From assembly GCA_026712295.1 (NCBI GenBank), contig GCA_026712295.1_4694.1: a DNA stretch of 41,342 nucleotides; one strand, written 5' to 3'. This DNA is from Escherichia coli. Lineage in GTDB: Bacteria; Pseudomonadota; Gammaproteobacteria; Enterobacterales; Enterobacteriaceae. A program made the translations under genes and the position numbers. This document shows positions 1-8,827 of this stretch, piece by piece (position 1 is the stretch's first letter; each line of letters begins with the position of its first letter). Under the pieces are notes generated by a model, which was given only the letters and a program-made list of their open reading frames with translations, did no database searches and was not told the DNA's origin.

Positions 1-1234
1 GGAGCAACTCTTCGGAGAACGGTACAGCGTACTTCAGGATAGAGATTCGGTTATGGGACACAGCCACGTCAATTGGGTCATCGTCGGACAGGTTAGCCAC
101 GGACGCAGGGAACAGTGAGAAATACTTTGATGTACGGGACAGTACAATGTTCTCACCAGCGAGGAACCCTAAGCGGTTACGAAAGAAGAACACATCGTTA
201 ATCGACTGGTCAACAATAGACGGAGTAGGGTTAGTGTCCATGTCGCCACAGGTACGCTGTGACCACGGAAGGGATTGCATAGTGAATGAGCCGTCTGGTT
301 GGCGTACCAAAGCATGTGGCATGGTGTCACCATTGAGACCCTTCTCAACTCCCCATCCGGCGACTTCCTTCCAGACTTTCTTAACGTTGTCATACTGGAC
401 ATAGAACATGTCGGAAGTCTTAGAGGTGTCACCAACAATCTTCACAGTGTACCCATTAGGAGCCTCGATTGGCAACTTACTGAATGACTGGCTTGTGTGC
501 ATTACAGCGTTCATCAACTGGTTAGCATAGCCATCCTCGGTGGACAACTGGTTAATCTGACTGTTACCCGGAGCGATTATGTGTATGAAGCCAGACCCTT
601 CGTCGAACCTCCAGTCCTTGAAGGAGCCGTGAGCACGAGCAAGACCTGCAAGTTTCTTAACGAGCCATTGTGCATCGGTCTCTTGTACATGTTCAGGCTT
701 GTCACCTTGTGCAATCTTGTACTCAATGCGAACGTTGTTTATTGTGAATGCAAGTGTTCTCCCATACTGTCCACCACGAACGTTAATCAAACAGTCTCCG
801 TTCTCTTTCAGAGTATAGAGCGGTGTCTTATCGGCACGCACAACCATGTTTCGGTTAACGATAAACGTGTAGTCAGCCACCGTTACCATTCGCAGGTCGT
901 CACGAGGGTTTCCTACCTTCACGTAGCTCAAGTCACCTTTCACTGTGTACTCTTTGCCATTGAGGTCGAACACTCGGACTGCCTGTCCTGTGAACACAAC
1001 GTAATACTGTTCTACGCTATCTCGGTTGATTAAATGGATGAGCGGTTTTGTACCAAGGGCATTCTGGTCTCCAATGGTCTTAGTGAAGACAAAAGGTGGA
1101 CGCTTCTGAAGACCCTCAGTCTCCGAAGACCAACCGTTAATCTGTTCGGAACCCTGTTCGGGGAACCTTAAGATGTTCGGCTGTTGACTGATACCGCCCT
1201 TCAGGTTCTTGACGGATTGTGAAATAAGAGCCAT
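1..1234 (-). CDS. 12: Tail tubular protein B (gp12), N-terminal ~411 codons; the gene continues across the circular wrap at 40039..41342
   Basis: Minus frame open from the window edge to ATG at 1232-1234 with GGAGG RBS; translation MALISQSVKNLKGGISQQPNILRFPEQG matches the T7 gp12 N-terminus; combined length ~792 aa. Confidence 0.85.
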   Translation of the reverse strand, partial: MALISQSVKNLKGGISQQPNILRFPEQGSEQINGWSSETEGLQKRPPFVFTKTIGDQNALGTKPLIHLINRDSVEQYYVVFTGQAVRVFDLNGKEYTVKGDLSYVKVGNPRDDLRMVTVADYTFIVNRNMVVRADKTPLYTLKENGDCLINVRGGQYGRTLAFTINNVRIEYKIAQGDKPEHVQETDAQWLVKKLAGLARAHGSFKDWRFDEGSGFIHIIAPGNSQINQLSTEDGYANQLMNAVMHTSQSFSKLPIEAPNGYTVKIVGDTSKTSDMFYVQYDNVKKVWKEVAGWGVEKGLNGDTMPHALVRQPDGSFTMQSLPWSQRTCGDMDTNPTPSIVDQSINDVFFFRNRLGFLAGENIVLSRTSKYFSLFPASVANLSDDDPIDVAVSHNRISILKYAVPFSEELL

Positions 1235-1253
1235 TAGAGACCTCCTTAAGTTA

Positions 1254-1844
1254 TTAACGAGACAGCAGACCACCAGTGAAGGCATCACCATCAAGCATGT
1301 TGAAGTTACCGAAGTCAAGTTCGTACTCGTGACACTGCATCTTCGCTTCCTGTTCTTCTTCAGCCAACACAGCGTCAATCTCAGGTGCACCGAAGAACCT
1401 GTTGTTAAACTGACGGGCAGCTTTAGTTACAATCCAGAAGCGGAAGCATTCAGGCATCTCGTAGAACTCTCTCAGTTTAATGATGGTCACAGTGATAGGG
1501 TTCTGGAACACATCGGTTCCTGTAGTCCGGTCATAGACGTAACCACCACGGTTAACGTAAGCGGTCGCGCCTCCTTCAGACAGTACGGACAGGTAGTCAG
1601 ACATATAGGGAATCAATCCGTTGAACACATCAGGCAGCAACTGCTGACCTTCCTCAATGTTGAACGTCCAGCCCTTAGACTGAATCTGTCGGTTAATCTT
1701 ATTGAGAACTCGACGGGCGTTGGCAACATCGGCGTTAGAGTCACCCTCCAAAGTGGAGACTGGCGGTTCACCGATAGAGGCCAAGATGTCATTGACCGCA
1801 GCCAACTCTTCGCCTGTCTCTAGGGTTGTTTCATAGGAACGCAT
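1254..1844 (-). CDS. 11: Tail tubular protein A (gp11), 196 aa
   Basis: ORF-track ORF 1254..1898 trimmed to the internal ATG (MRSYETT...) preceded by GGAGG; strong similarity to T7 gp11 including [18 protein letters not shown] and [29 protein letters not shown]. Confidence 0.9.
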   Translation of the reverse strand: MRSYETTLETGEELAAVNDILASIGEPPVSTLEGDSNADVANARRVLNKINRQIQSKGWTFNIEEGQQLLPDVFNGLIPYMSDYLSVLSEGGATAYVNRGGYVYDRTTGTDVFQNPITVTIIKLREFYEMPECFRFWIVTKAARQFNNRFFGAPEIDAVLAEEEQEAKMQCHEYELDFGNFNMLDGDAFTGGLLSR

Positions 1845-1864
1845 GTTGGTATCCTCCTGTTGTA

Positions 1865-1910
1865 GCGAAAAAAACCCCTCAAGCACCCGCGAAGGCACCC
1901 AAGGGGTTTC
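1865..1910 (-). terminator. Tphi-like intrinsic/T7 RNAP terminator downstream of capsid gene
   Basis: Minus-strand reads AACCCCTTGGGTGCCTTCGCGGGTGCTTGAGGGGTTTTTTTCGC: GC-rich stem-loop plus U-run, same position and near-identical to T7 Tphi. Confidence 0.75.
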
Positions 1911-1919
1911 ATATAGTTA

Positions 1920-2072
1920 TCATTCAGTAGCAGCTAACTCAGCTTCCTTTCGAGCCTTGTTTGCCGCACGGGTACGGGCAGCTTTCTGTTGTGGCGTTAG
2001 CTCTTGCTCAGCTTCAGTAAGGGACTCAGTGTCCCCTACGAGTTTGCGAGAAGTTAAGCCTTGTTGAAAACC
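1920..2072 (-). CDS. 10B: Putative capsid 10B C-terminal extension reached by -1 frameshift
   Basis: Heptamer GGUUUUC (minus strand, 2066..2072) four codons before the 10A stop; the -1 frame stays open ~46 codons to TGA at 1920-1922, just upstream of the terminator. Confidence 0.45.
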   Translation of the reverse strand, partial: GFQQGLTSRKLVGDTESLTEAEQELTPQQKAARTRAANKARKEAELAATE

Positions 2073-3332
2073 AGCGCACCACATGCTTCAGGGCGCAGAC
2101 CACCGTGACCCATAGCATACTTAGCGATAATCTGGTCTGCTTGGAAGTTAGCTCGACGAGCACGTTCCAGTGCCATATCTTTCAGCTTAACAGTACCAAC
2201 GGCAGAGCGGTGATTGAACAGACCGACAACGTTGTCCAGAGCAACACGGGTGTCACCAGAGGAAGTCTTAGGGAACGCATGTTTCTGACCAGTCGGATTT
2301 GCACCCTCTTCTGGACGGTCTTCGCCAGCACCACCAGCAGTCAGATGCGGAACCTCAATAACTTCGAAGCCCATAACGTTGCGGATAGAGCCAGTAGACG
2401 GGTCAATCAGAGCCTGATAGTTTGCAGCGTTAGGCATCAGAGCAGCCAGAATAGCAGAGTAGTTGTCTGGAGTGGTGTAGAACACACGGTCAGCAGACGG
2501 AACATAGTTGCCAGTCAGCTTGGCACGAGCCAGAGTTAACTGTGCGATAATAGCCTGACCCAGCTTAACTTGGTCTCCCCGAAGCTCAGACTGCTTGCCA
2601 ACTTCCAGTACATGAGCCTTACCGAGACCAGCGATGTTCTCGTTAGACGCAGACGGCAGGTTACACAGTTTAGCCATTTCAGCCAGAACCGCGCCATCAG
2701 CAGCCATCGCAAGAGATTCACCCAACTGTGCGGTATACTCGGAGCGCACGTCATAGTGGTTCATTGCGTCTTCGATGTCGTAAATCAGAACGTCAGCAGT
2801 CAGCAGACCATCAATGTTAATGGTACGCTCAGTGTGCTTCATGTCTTTACGTTTGTCATCGAGGTTCTCACCCGGTTGCAGGTAAGCAGCTTTGGTACGA
2901 CCCAGCACAGGGAACTGCGCGGACTTACCGGACTGGATAGAGCGAACAAGGTGTTTGTTCATAGTTACGGAGGTACGGGTAAATGCAGTCAGAACTTCAC
3001 CACCGAAGACCTTCAGGAACAGAGCCAGTTTATCACCAGCGCTCATACCTTTACCTTGGTCTTTAAGTGTGCTTCATGTCTTTACGTTTGTCATCGAGGT
3101 TCTCACCCGGTTGCAGGTAAGCAGCTTTGGTACGACCCAGCACAGGGAACTGCGCGGACTTACCGGACTGGATAGAGCGAACAAGGTGTTTGTTCATAGT
3201 TACGGAGGTACGGGTAAATGCAGTCAGAACTTCACCACCGAAGACCTTCAGGAACAGAGCCAGTTTATCACCAGCGCTCATACCTTTACCTTGGTCTTTA
3301 CCCATCTGTTGTCCACCATTCATGCTAGCCAT
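2054..3332 (-). CDS. 10A: Major capsid protein (gp10A), reading frame interrupted by a 235-bp tandem duplication (track ORFs 3063..3332 and 2054..3046)
   Basis: N-terminus MASMNGGQQMGKDQGKG (T7-tag-like) with RBS AGAAGGAGA; downstream ORF matches T7 gp10A throughout (GLLTADVLIYDIEDAMNHYDVRSEY, RANFQADQIIAKYAMGHGGLRPEA); removing one repeat copy restores a 347-aa frame. Confidence 0.9.
2831..3300. repeat. Perfect tandem duplication, 2 x 235 bp (2831..3065 and 3066..3300) inside gene 10
   Basis: Both copies read identically from agtgtgcttcatgtc to ccttggtcttta; unit length is not a multiple of 3. Confidence 0.95.
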
Positions 3333-3500
3333 GTTGAATCTCCTTCTGTTGATTTAAAGTTTAATGTGTGAGGTACTACTTGAAACGAGTTGGTTCTCAT
3401 TGTGTATCACTCAAAGGGAGCATTCCCACGACAAGCCCGGAAGCCAGATGTCACAGCAACTTAATGGTCTGTGTGACCTCCAATCGTGGGATTCCATCTC

Positions 3501-3523
3501 TCTCCCAATAGTGAGTCGTATTA
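3501..3523 (-). promoter_or_regulatory. T7-type late promoter (phi10-like)
   Basis: Minus strand TAATACGACTCACTATTGGGAGA, one mismatch to the T7 consensus TAATACGACTCACTATAGGGAGA. Confidence 0.85.
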
Positions 3524-3526
3524 ATT

Positions 3527-4438
3527 TTAGAAGTTACTGTACATCATCTTACGCTCAACTTCAGCACGGAACTTAGAGTCCGAACGGTAGCGAGGGTCAG
3601 ACATTGCAGCAATCATCTCAGCCTGTGACTCAAAGCCAGACTGTTTGGCTCGTACAGGTGCAGCAGGGACGGCACGTTTAGAGATACTACGGGCAGCAGG
3701 TTTACCGAAAGTCTTCGCACGGCTTGCACCAGCGAGATTAACGATAGCCTTAACTGTTGCGAGGTCACGATTCTCCAAGGCACTAATCAGAGACTCGGCA
3801 GCATCCGGGTTGGACACTTCGAGGTGATTGTAGATTGCTTGGAACTGTGCTTCACCGCCAGCGTACTCCATAACGGACTGAACATACTGTTCTACCAGTG
3901 CTTCCTGACCACGGATGTAGGAGTCAACGAAGGACTTAGAGTAGCCAGCCTTAGCCAGTTCTTCATAGGACTCTTCGGACAGACCATCTTCACCATATTC
4001 CTGTTGGATACGGACGATAGTTTCTTCGGACAGACCACGTTCAGCAGCCTGATTGACCATCTCTTCGAAGCCAGCTTCATGCTCTTCGAGTTGACTTGAG
4101 GCTTCATTCAGTTCGTCTGGAACGTCACCCACAGGTTCAAACTCTTCGGAACCTTCTTCGTTGCCTTCGGAGTAATCAATCTCGCCCTCTTCGGTCTCTT
4201 CAGGTTCACCATCAGTGGAGATACGAATCTCAGTACGATTCTCGTCTTCTTCACCAAACGGGTCTGGATTACCATAAGGGTCATCATTGCCAACTAACTC
4301 GATTGCGTCATCACCATCACGGGCAGCAACGTCGAGTTCAAGCATAGCCTGTTCGTGGTCAGTAGGAGTAGACCCACCTACAACCGCAGAGTTCACACCA
4401 AAAGATGCGTATACGTCAGCGTTAGATTCACCAGCCAT
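3527..4438 (-). CDS. 9: Capsid assembly (scaffolding) protein gp9, 303 aa
   Basis: Highly acidic protein between portal and capsid genes, AAGGAG RBS, length and position as T7 gp9. Confidence 0.85.
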   Translation of the reverse strand: MAGESNADVYASFGVNSAVVGGSTPTDHEQAMLELDVAARDGDDAIELVGNDDPYGNPDPFGEEDENRTEIRISTDGEPEETEEGEIDYSEGNEEGSEEFEPVGDVPDELNEASSQLEEHEAGFEEMVNQAAERGLSEETIVRIQQEYGEDGLSEESYEELAKAGYSKSFVDSYIRGQEALVEQYVQSVMEYAGGEAQFQAIYNHLEVSNPDAAESLISALENRDLATVKAIVNLAGASRAKTFGKPAARSISKRAVPAAPVRAKQSGFESQAEMIAAMSDPRYRSDSKFRAEVERKMMYSNF

Positions 4439-4494
4439 AATTGTTATCTCCTTTAGATTTCATAAAGTTGAACTCAAAGGGAGGACGTATTGTC

Positions 4495-4517
4495 TCTCCC
4501 ATTAGTGAGTCGTATTA
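4495..4517 (-). promoter_or_regulatory. T7-type promoter (phi9-like)
   Basis: Minus strand TAATACGACTCACTAATGGGAGA. Confidence 0.8.
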
Positions 4518-6122
4518 ATTTGGAACCATTCCAGCCTGTTCAGCAGCCGCTTGCATGTTCTCAGGGCTTGCAGTGGCAAGTGCACCAGCACCAGCACCAG
4601 CAGACGCAGCAGCGTTCTCCATAGCCGTACCCTGTGCAGCCTCAGCCATCTCCTGTTGTTTCTCTTCAGGTGTCTTAAGGATACCGGAAGTGTCGATGCC
4701 GATAGCGTTCGCAATGCGCAACTTAATGGTCGCAATGTTGATGTCCGGGTCATTCTGCATAGGAGCAAGAGCAGACCAAGCAGCAATACAACGTTCCAGC
4801 TTATCGAGGTCTTGACCACGACCCAGTGCTTCCATCCCGGTACTGATAGTAGGCTCAACGGCCTCTTTCGGTAGCTCAGGAATCTGATTGGTCGCTTGAA
4901 GTTGCTTCAGCAGGACACGAACCATTGGCAACTGAAGTTCCTGTGAGAGAATCGAATAGACACCACCAAGGGTATCTTCGAGTTCAGATGCAACATATCG
5001 AATCTCTTCGGCAGTCACACGCTCACCAGTGCGTTGCACAGCGGAGTTCAACATAAAGGCATAGGACAGTCGGCCCTCAATCTGTTCACTCACAGCTTTC
5101 GCTACAGAGAAGTCTGCGGCCTTTTCAAGCTGAAGGAACGAGATGTCTTCTGGACGACCAGACACGAAGTCACCAGTCTGTGCTTTGGTCAAACGACGAA
5201 CCTGTGTGATACCAGCCGGGTTAACCAAGCCAATAACTTTAGCACTAATCATTGACATCTTAACGATAGCTTCTTGGAGGTTCTCAAGGGACCGTAAGTC
5301 ACCTAAGTATTCCTCACAGTAAGAACGACCATATGATTCTCCATCAATGCGTACCATGCGAACCGGGATATAAGGACAAGCGTCCACCGGATAAGAAGCA
5401 TCTGTACCATCGACTTCAACACCATCAATCTCTTCGTACTTGAGGTACTCACCAGATTCTTCGGCAAGATAAATGTGAGTGTACACATCAATCATTTCGT
5501 CGCCTTTATGTTCCTGACCGGAGTCCATAGAGTTTCGAACGTCTTCTGGAAGTGCTGCATAGGCAGTCTTATCTAAGGTTACAATCTGTAGCACCGTGCC
5601 GAATGCGTCTCGTTGGACAACATAAGAAGACAGGCGGTATAGCTTCATGGGATTGTAAGTACCTTCAGGTTCAGGAATGTAGAGCAGAGCGTTACCTGCA
5701 ACGACCAACTGCTTGAGGGTCTCAAAGAGTGTCACACGGTACGAGTTGGACTCGATGTAGTTCATCAAGATTCGCTCGACCATTGAGAGACCTTCTTCGA
5801 CCTTCGCTAGTTCGGCTGGCTGTGCAACCAATTGTTTCGCTTCGAACTCAGAGATGGTCAGCTTCATCCACGTCTGCATAGGGAACAGAGCGAGCATGAG
5901 CTTAGAGGCCAAGTTGTTCAAGCCACGAGCGCCAACTGCTTGCCACGGAGTGGTGTAGTCAGTAGAGGCGTTGTCGGAGTCTTTAGGGAACAACGAAGGG
6001 ATGGTGTACTTCGCACAGTTTTCCGCACGGGTCTCATAGGAGTTCCGGTCGTTCTTCAATGCGTCATACACCGCCTTGGCACCATTCTCAGCGAAGCCTT
6101 CACGTTTCTGTGAGCTTGCCAT
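4515..6122 (-). CDS. 8: Head-to-tail connector / portal protein gp8, 535 aa
   Basis: Long identical blocks with T7 gp8 (YTIPSLFPKDSDNASTDY, GESYGRSYCEEYLGDLRSLENLQEAIVKMSMIS). Confidence 0.92.
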   Translation of the reverse strand: MASSQKREGFAENGAKAVYDALKNDRNSYETRAENCAKYTIPSLFPKDSDNASTDYTTPWQAVGARGLNNLASKLMLALFPMQTWMKLTISEFEAKQLVAQPAELAKVEEGLSMVERILMNYIESNSYRVTLFETLKQLVVAGNALLYIPEPEGTYNPMKLYRLSSYVVQRDAFGTVLQIVTLDKTAYAALPEDVRNSMDSGQEHKGDEMIDVYTHIYLAEESGEYLKYEEIDGVEVDGTDASYPVDACPYIPVRMVRIDGESYGRSYCEEYLGDLRSLENLQEAIVKMSMISAKVIGLVNPAGITQVRRLTKAQTGDFVSGRPEDISFLQLEKAADFSVAKAVSEQIEGRLSYAFMLNSAVQRTGERVTAEEIRYVASELEDTLGGVYSILSQELQLPMVRVLLKQLQATNQIPELPKEAVEPTISTGMEALGRGQDLDKLERCIAAWSALAPMQNDPDINIATIKLRIANAIGIDTSGILKTPEEKQQEMAEAAQGTAMENAAASAGAGAGALATASPENMQAAAEQAGMVPN

Positions 6123-6136
6123 TTAGCGCCTCCTTG

Positions 6137-6505
6137 TTAGATATTAAGACCACCGCCAGAACTACGAGCGACACTCAGTGATTTCTTACCGCCAGCACGG
6201 GCTTTCTTCTTACCGGATTCAGTCTGTGCATCATCATCGGAGTCTACATCGTCTTTACTCGGTGGCTCGATAATTTGTGCAGCAGGAGGTGCAGCTTGAA
6301 CGGCAGCAGCGGGTGTCTCAACCACCTGTACATCAGGCTTACCACCACCAGCAAGTGCACCAGCAACGCCACCAACGACCTTACCAGCTTCCTTCCCGAC
6401 CTTCTCGACTGCCTTACCAGTTTCCTTGACTACCTTCTCGATAGGCTTGGTTACTTTCTTGATAGCCTTCTTAACTGATTTGCGAATCTTTTTACCCCAA
6501 CCCAT
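6137..6505 (-). CDS. 7.3: Lysine-rich virion/tail protein gp7.3-like, 122 aa
   Basis: C-terminus ESGKKKARAGGKKSLSVARSSGGGLNI as in T7 gp7.3; AGGAGG RBS. Confidence 0.7.
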   Translation of the reverse strand: MGWGKKIRKSVKKAIKKVTKPIEKVVKETGKAVEKVGKEAGKVVGGVAGALAGGGKPDVQVVETPAAAVQAAPPAAQIIEPPSKDDVDSDDDAQTESGKKKARAGGKKSLSVARSSGGGLNI

Positions 6506-6519
6506 GATAGACCTCCTAT

Positions 6520-6795
6520 TTATTTCTTCTTAAAGATACTGGTACGGATACCAGATTTAGACTTCTTCTTGGCAGCATCGGAGTCTGCCTTCTTGGACTT
6601 CTCAACGGAGTCATCCAGTTTCACCTTCAGGGACTTCTTGCCACCCGTTGGCACCTCAGAAGAGGTTCCGCTATCATTGTCCTCTTCGCCACCAAAGAGA
6701 ATACCTTTCGGTTCCTCAGTCAGTGGAGCAGGGTCGATAGCTCGGATGGATTCAGTCTTTACTTTAGGTGTCTTAATCTTTGGTGAAAAGCACAT
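6520..6795 (-). CDS. Small virion protein, gp6.7-like, 91 aa
   Basis: N-terminus MCFSPKIKTPK resembles a T7 small virion protein; GGAGG RBS; exact T7 gene number (6.7 or 7) uncertain. Confidence 0.6.
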   Translation of the reverse strand: MCFSPKIKTPKVKTESIRAIDPAPLTEEPKGILFGGEEDNDSGTSSEVPTGGKKSLKVKLDDSVEKSKKADSDAAKKKSKSGIRTSIFKKK

Positions 6796-6810
6796 AAGAC
6801 CTCCATACGA

Positions 6811-7056
6811 TTAGGACTCAGCCTGTTCCTTACGGATTGCCTCCATGTCGTCCAGAGTTTGAGACGCATAGTTGAGACCCGCGAGGAACCCAGCGATGTA
6901 GCTTTCAGACCATCCAGCCTGTTTTAATCGGTTGATTAGTCCTGACTGAATAGCATATCCAGCATTGTACTGAACCTGTAGGTACTCCATAACACTCCGA
7001 GGAACATTAGGAATATCTTGTGGGTTCTCCATATACTTCTTGATAGGGGTTAACAT
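6811..7056 (-). CDS. gp6.5-like protein, 81 aa
   Basis: Track ORF 6811..7137 trimmed to ATG at 7054-7056 (MLTPIKK...) with AAGGAG RBS, just downstream of the phi6.5-like promoter. Confidence 0.55.
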   Translation of the reverse strand: MLTPIKKYMENPQDIPNVPRSVMEYLQVQYNAGYAIQSGLINRLKQAGWSESYIAGFLAGLNYASQTLDDMEAIRKEQAES

Positions 7057-7107
7057 AATTAATGTTCTCCTTAAAGTTAAACTTAAAGTAGGTATCATAT
7101 AGGCACC

Positions 7108-7130
7108 CCTCTCAATAGTGAGTCGTATTG
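7108..7130 (-). promoter_or_regulatory. T7-type promoter (phi6.5-like)
   Basis: Minus strand CAATACGACTCACTATTGAGAGG. Confidence 0.75.
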
Positions 7131-7158
7131 ATTTCACTATCGAGAAGAATGCCTAGAG

Positions 7159-7245
7159 TTACACACTCTTAGCTATAAATGCAGCCCACACCATAGAGAA
7201 GGCTACGATTGCGAACACTACGAACGCAACTGTTCCGGCGACCAT
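7159..7245 (-). CDS. Small hydrophobic protein (gp6.3-like), 28 aa
   Basis: AAGGAG RBS then ATG; MVAGTVAFVVFAIVAFSMVWAAFIAKSV; overlaps the 3' end of gene 6 by 28 nt; below the ORF-track length cutoff. Confidence 0.45.
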   Translation of the reverse strand: MVAGTVAFVVFAIVAFSMVWAAFIAKSV

Positions 7246-8132
7246 AGGTAAATCTCCTTGTCGATAAAGTTGTACTCTTCGAAACGCAGGATGCGAGCCA
7301 TCTGGCCTTGCTTAATGATTTCCTCTTCGGTCATCCCAGCTTTTGCACCAAGTGTCACAATAGCTTCCCATAGGGTTCGCTCACCCATGTCAACCTTTTT
7401 CCATTCGAGAACTGTCTGTCCCTTACGAGCACCAGACTTGAAAGTTTTCTCAACCTGTTCAAAGGCATACGGGTTCTCCAGCCACTCAGCGGTAGTCTCT
7501 CCCCAGCCCGGAATGCCACCATAGCCATCTGTCAAGTCACCTTTGATGGTCTGATAGATGTGCCAGTAGTCGGCAGTCGTCTGGTCTTGAGTCAAGATGT
7601 TACCAGTGGTACACCACAAGAAGTCACAATCAGGGATGGTCTTAAAGTCCTTATCACAGGAGACCAGTACAGCCTTCTTGAAACCAAAGTGTTTAGCACC
7701 AGACCCAATGATTCCCATTACGTCATCACCCTCTAAGCGAGGCTCAAGGATAGACGTCCAGTCCTCAAAGGCTTGAACACGCTCGACGAACGCACGGTAG
7801 CCTACAGGCTTACGGGATGCCTTACGGTTCTCCTTATAGGTTGGGTCCACCAGTTCCTTGCGCCAGTTCACAGCGTCAGTGAAGGCCAGTACGATAGGTG
7901 CATCACGCCAAGCCTTCTTACGGCTCGCATAGGACTTGATAGAGTCAACCAGAATGTTCCACGCTTTCCCGTGGTCACACTCTAAGGTCCAGCAATCATC
8001 GCCCCAATCGGTCTCGACTTCACTTGCTGCCATCGCTTGGAATACCAACCAGTCACCATCCATTACGAGAACACCCTTATCTGATTTCCCTTGGCGTAAC
8101 TCATAGAACTCCTTCAGAGTTAATGCGCTCAT
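7218..8132 (-). CDS. 6: 5'-3' exonuclease gp6, 304 aa
   Basis: Matches T7 gp6 (LVMDGDWLVFQAM, SCDKDFKTIPDCDFLWCTTGNILTQ, KAGMTEEEIIKQGQMARILRF); GGAGG RBS. Confidence 0.92.
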   Translation of the reverse strand: MSALTLKEFYELRQGKSDKGVLVMDGDWLVFQAMAASEVETDWGDDCWTLECDHGKAWNILVDSIKSYASRKKAWRDAPIVLAFTDAVNWRKELVDPTYKENRKASRKPVGYRAFVERVQAFEDWTSILEPRLEGDDVMGIIGSGAKHFGFKKAVLVSCDKDFKTIPDCDFLWCTTGNILTQDQTTADYWHIYQTIKGDLTDGYGGIPGWGETTAEWLENPYAFEQVEKTFKSGARKGQTVLEWKKVDMGERTLWEAIVTLGAKAGMTEEEIIKQGQMARILRFEEYNFIDKEIYLWSPEQLRS

Positions 8133-8311
8133 AGGTCATCCTCCGTAAAGAGTTCAGCTACAGCATCATCGTAGCCACACCAATTGTCTACACCGTGGGC
8201 CTCAAGAGCATTCAGCTTCGCTAGGCGACCCTCAAGGAACTCAATATATGCGTTAACATCATTCCATGCTTCACGAGGCATCGTTACAGTGTCGCTTTTA
8301 GATATACTCAT
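8129..8311 (-). CDS. 5.9: gp5.9-like protein (T7 gp5.9 is a RecBCD inhibitor), 60 aa
   Basis: Track ORF trimmed to ATG at 8311 with GGGAGG RBS; ATGA overlaps with 5.7 stop and gene 6 start; position and size as T7 5.9. Confidence 0.6.
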   Translation of the reverse strand: MSISKSDTVTMPREAWNDVNAYIEFLEGRLAKLNALEAHGVDNWCGYDDAVAELFTEDDL

Positions 8312-8517
8312 ACGCAACCTCCCATCTTCTTCAGGAATCGGACACCAGCGCCTGTTACTTCCCAAGCGCCAGCATTACGCCCATCGACTGATAGGCAAGA
8401 GATATGGCCACGACTCGCAGCCTCAGCCACCAGTGACGCATTGTTGCGCACATAGTTCGACTGAAAGGTCTTAGGGCAGCTTTTGATAGCCGCCAGTACA
8501 CGTAGATAATCACCCAT
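8308..8517 (-). CDS. 5.7: gp5.7 protein, 69 aa
   Basis: Near-identical to T7 gp5.7 (IKSCPKTFQSNYVRNNASLVAEAA, RGHISCL, FLKKMGGCV). Confidence 0.85.
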   Translation of the reverse strand: MGDYLRVLAAIKSCPKTFQSNYVRNNASLVAEAASRGHISCLSVDGRNAGAWEVTGAGVRFLKKMGGCV

Positions 8518-8810
8518 TACTTCACCTCACGGATAGTTGCAGGTGCAAACTTAATGCCCTCACCGTGGTGCTCAATGCCCATCTCACGGATTTCATTACG
8601 AATGCCCTGCTTAACAGCAAAGGCAACAACACCATCGGCACCATAAGTCAGAGCCTGAACGAGCAACTCTTTGTCCTGTGCGCTAACTTCCTCACCATCA
8701 CGAACGCTACGAGCCAAATCCAAGATGCGTTCCTGAATCATAACTTCGGTCTCAGAGTCAACCTTAACGGTCATTTCGAATGATACTTTAAAACGTTTAG
8801 TAATAGCCAT
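8517..8810 (-). CDS. 5.5: gp5.5 protein (T7 gp5.5 binds host H-NS), 97 aa
   Basis: Track ORF trimmed to ATG at 8810 (MAITKRFKVSF) with AGGAGA RBS; C-terminal IREVK as in T7 gp5.5. Confidence 0.7.
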   Translation of the reverse strand: MAITKRFKVSFEMTVKVDSETEVMIQERILDLARSVRDGEEVSAQDKELLVQALTYGADGVVAFAVKQGIRNEIREMGIEHHGEGIKFAPATIREVK

Positions 8811-8827
8811 GATATGTTTCTCCTGTA

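Noticed and set aside
4502-4858. Minus-strand ORF of 118 codons within the portal gene region
   Set aside because: Out-of-frame overlap of the gene 8 C-terminus; low-complexity Leu/Arg-rich translation typical of an alternative frame.
6569-6814. Plus-strand ORF antisense to the gp6.7-like gene
   Set aside because: Antisense to a gene with a good RBS and T7 homology; no independent support.
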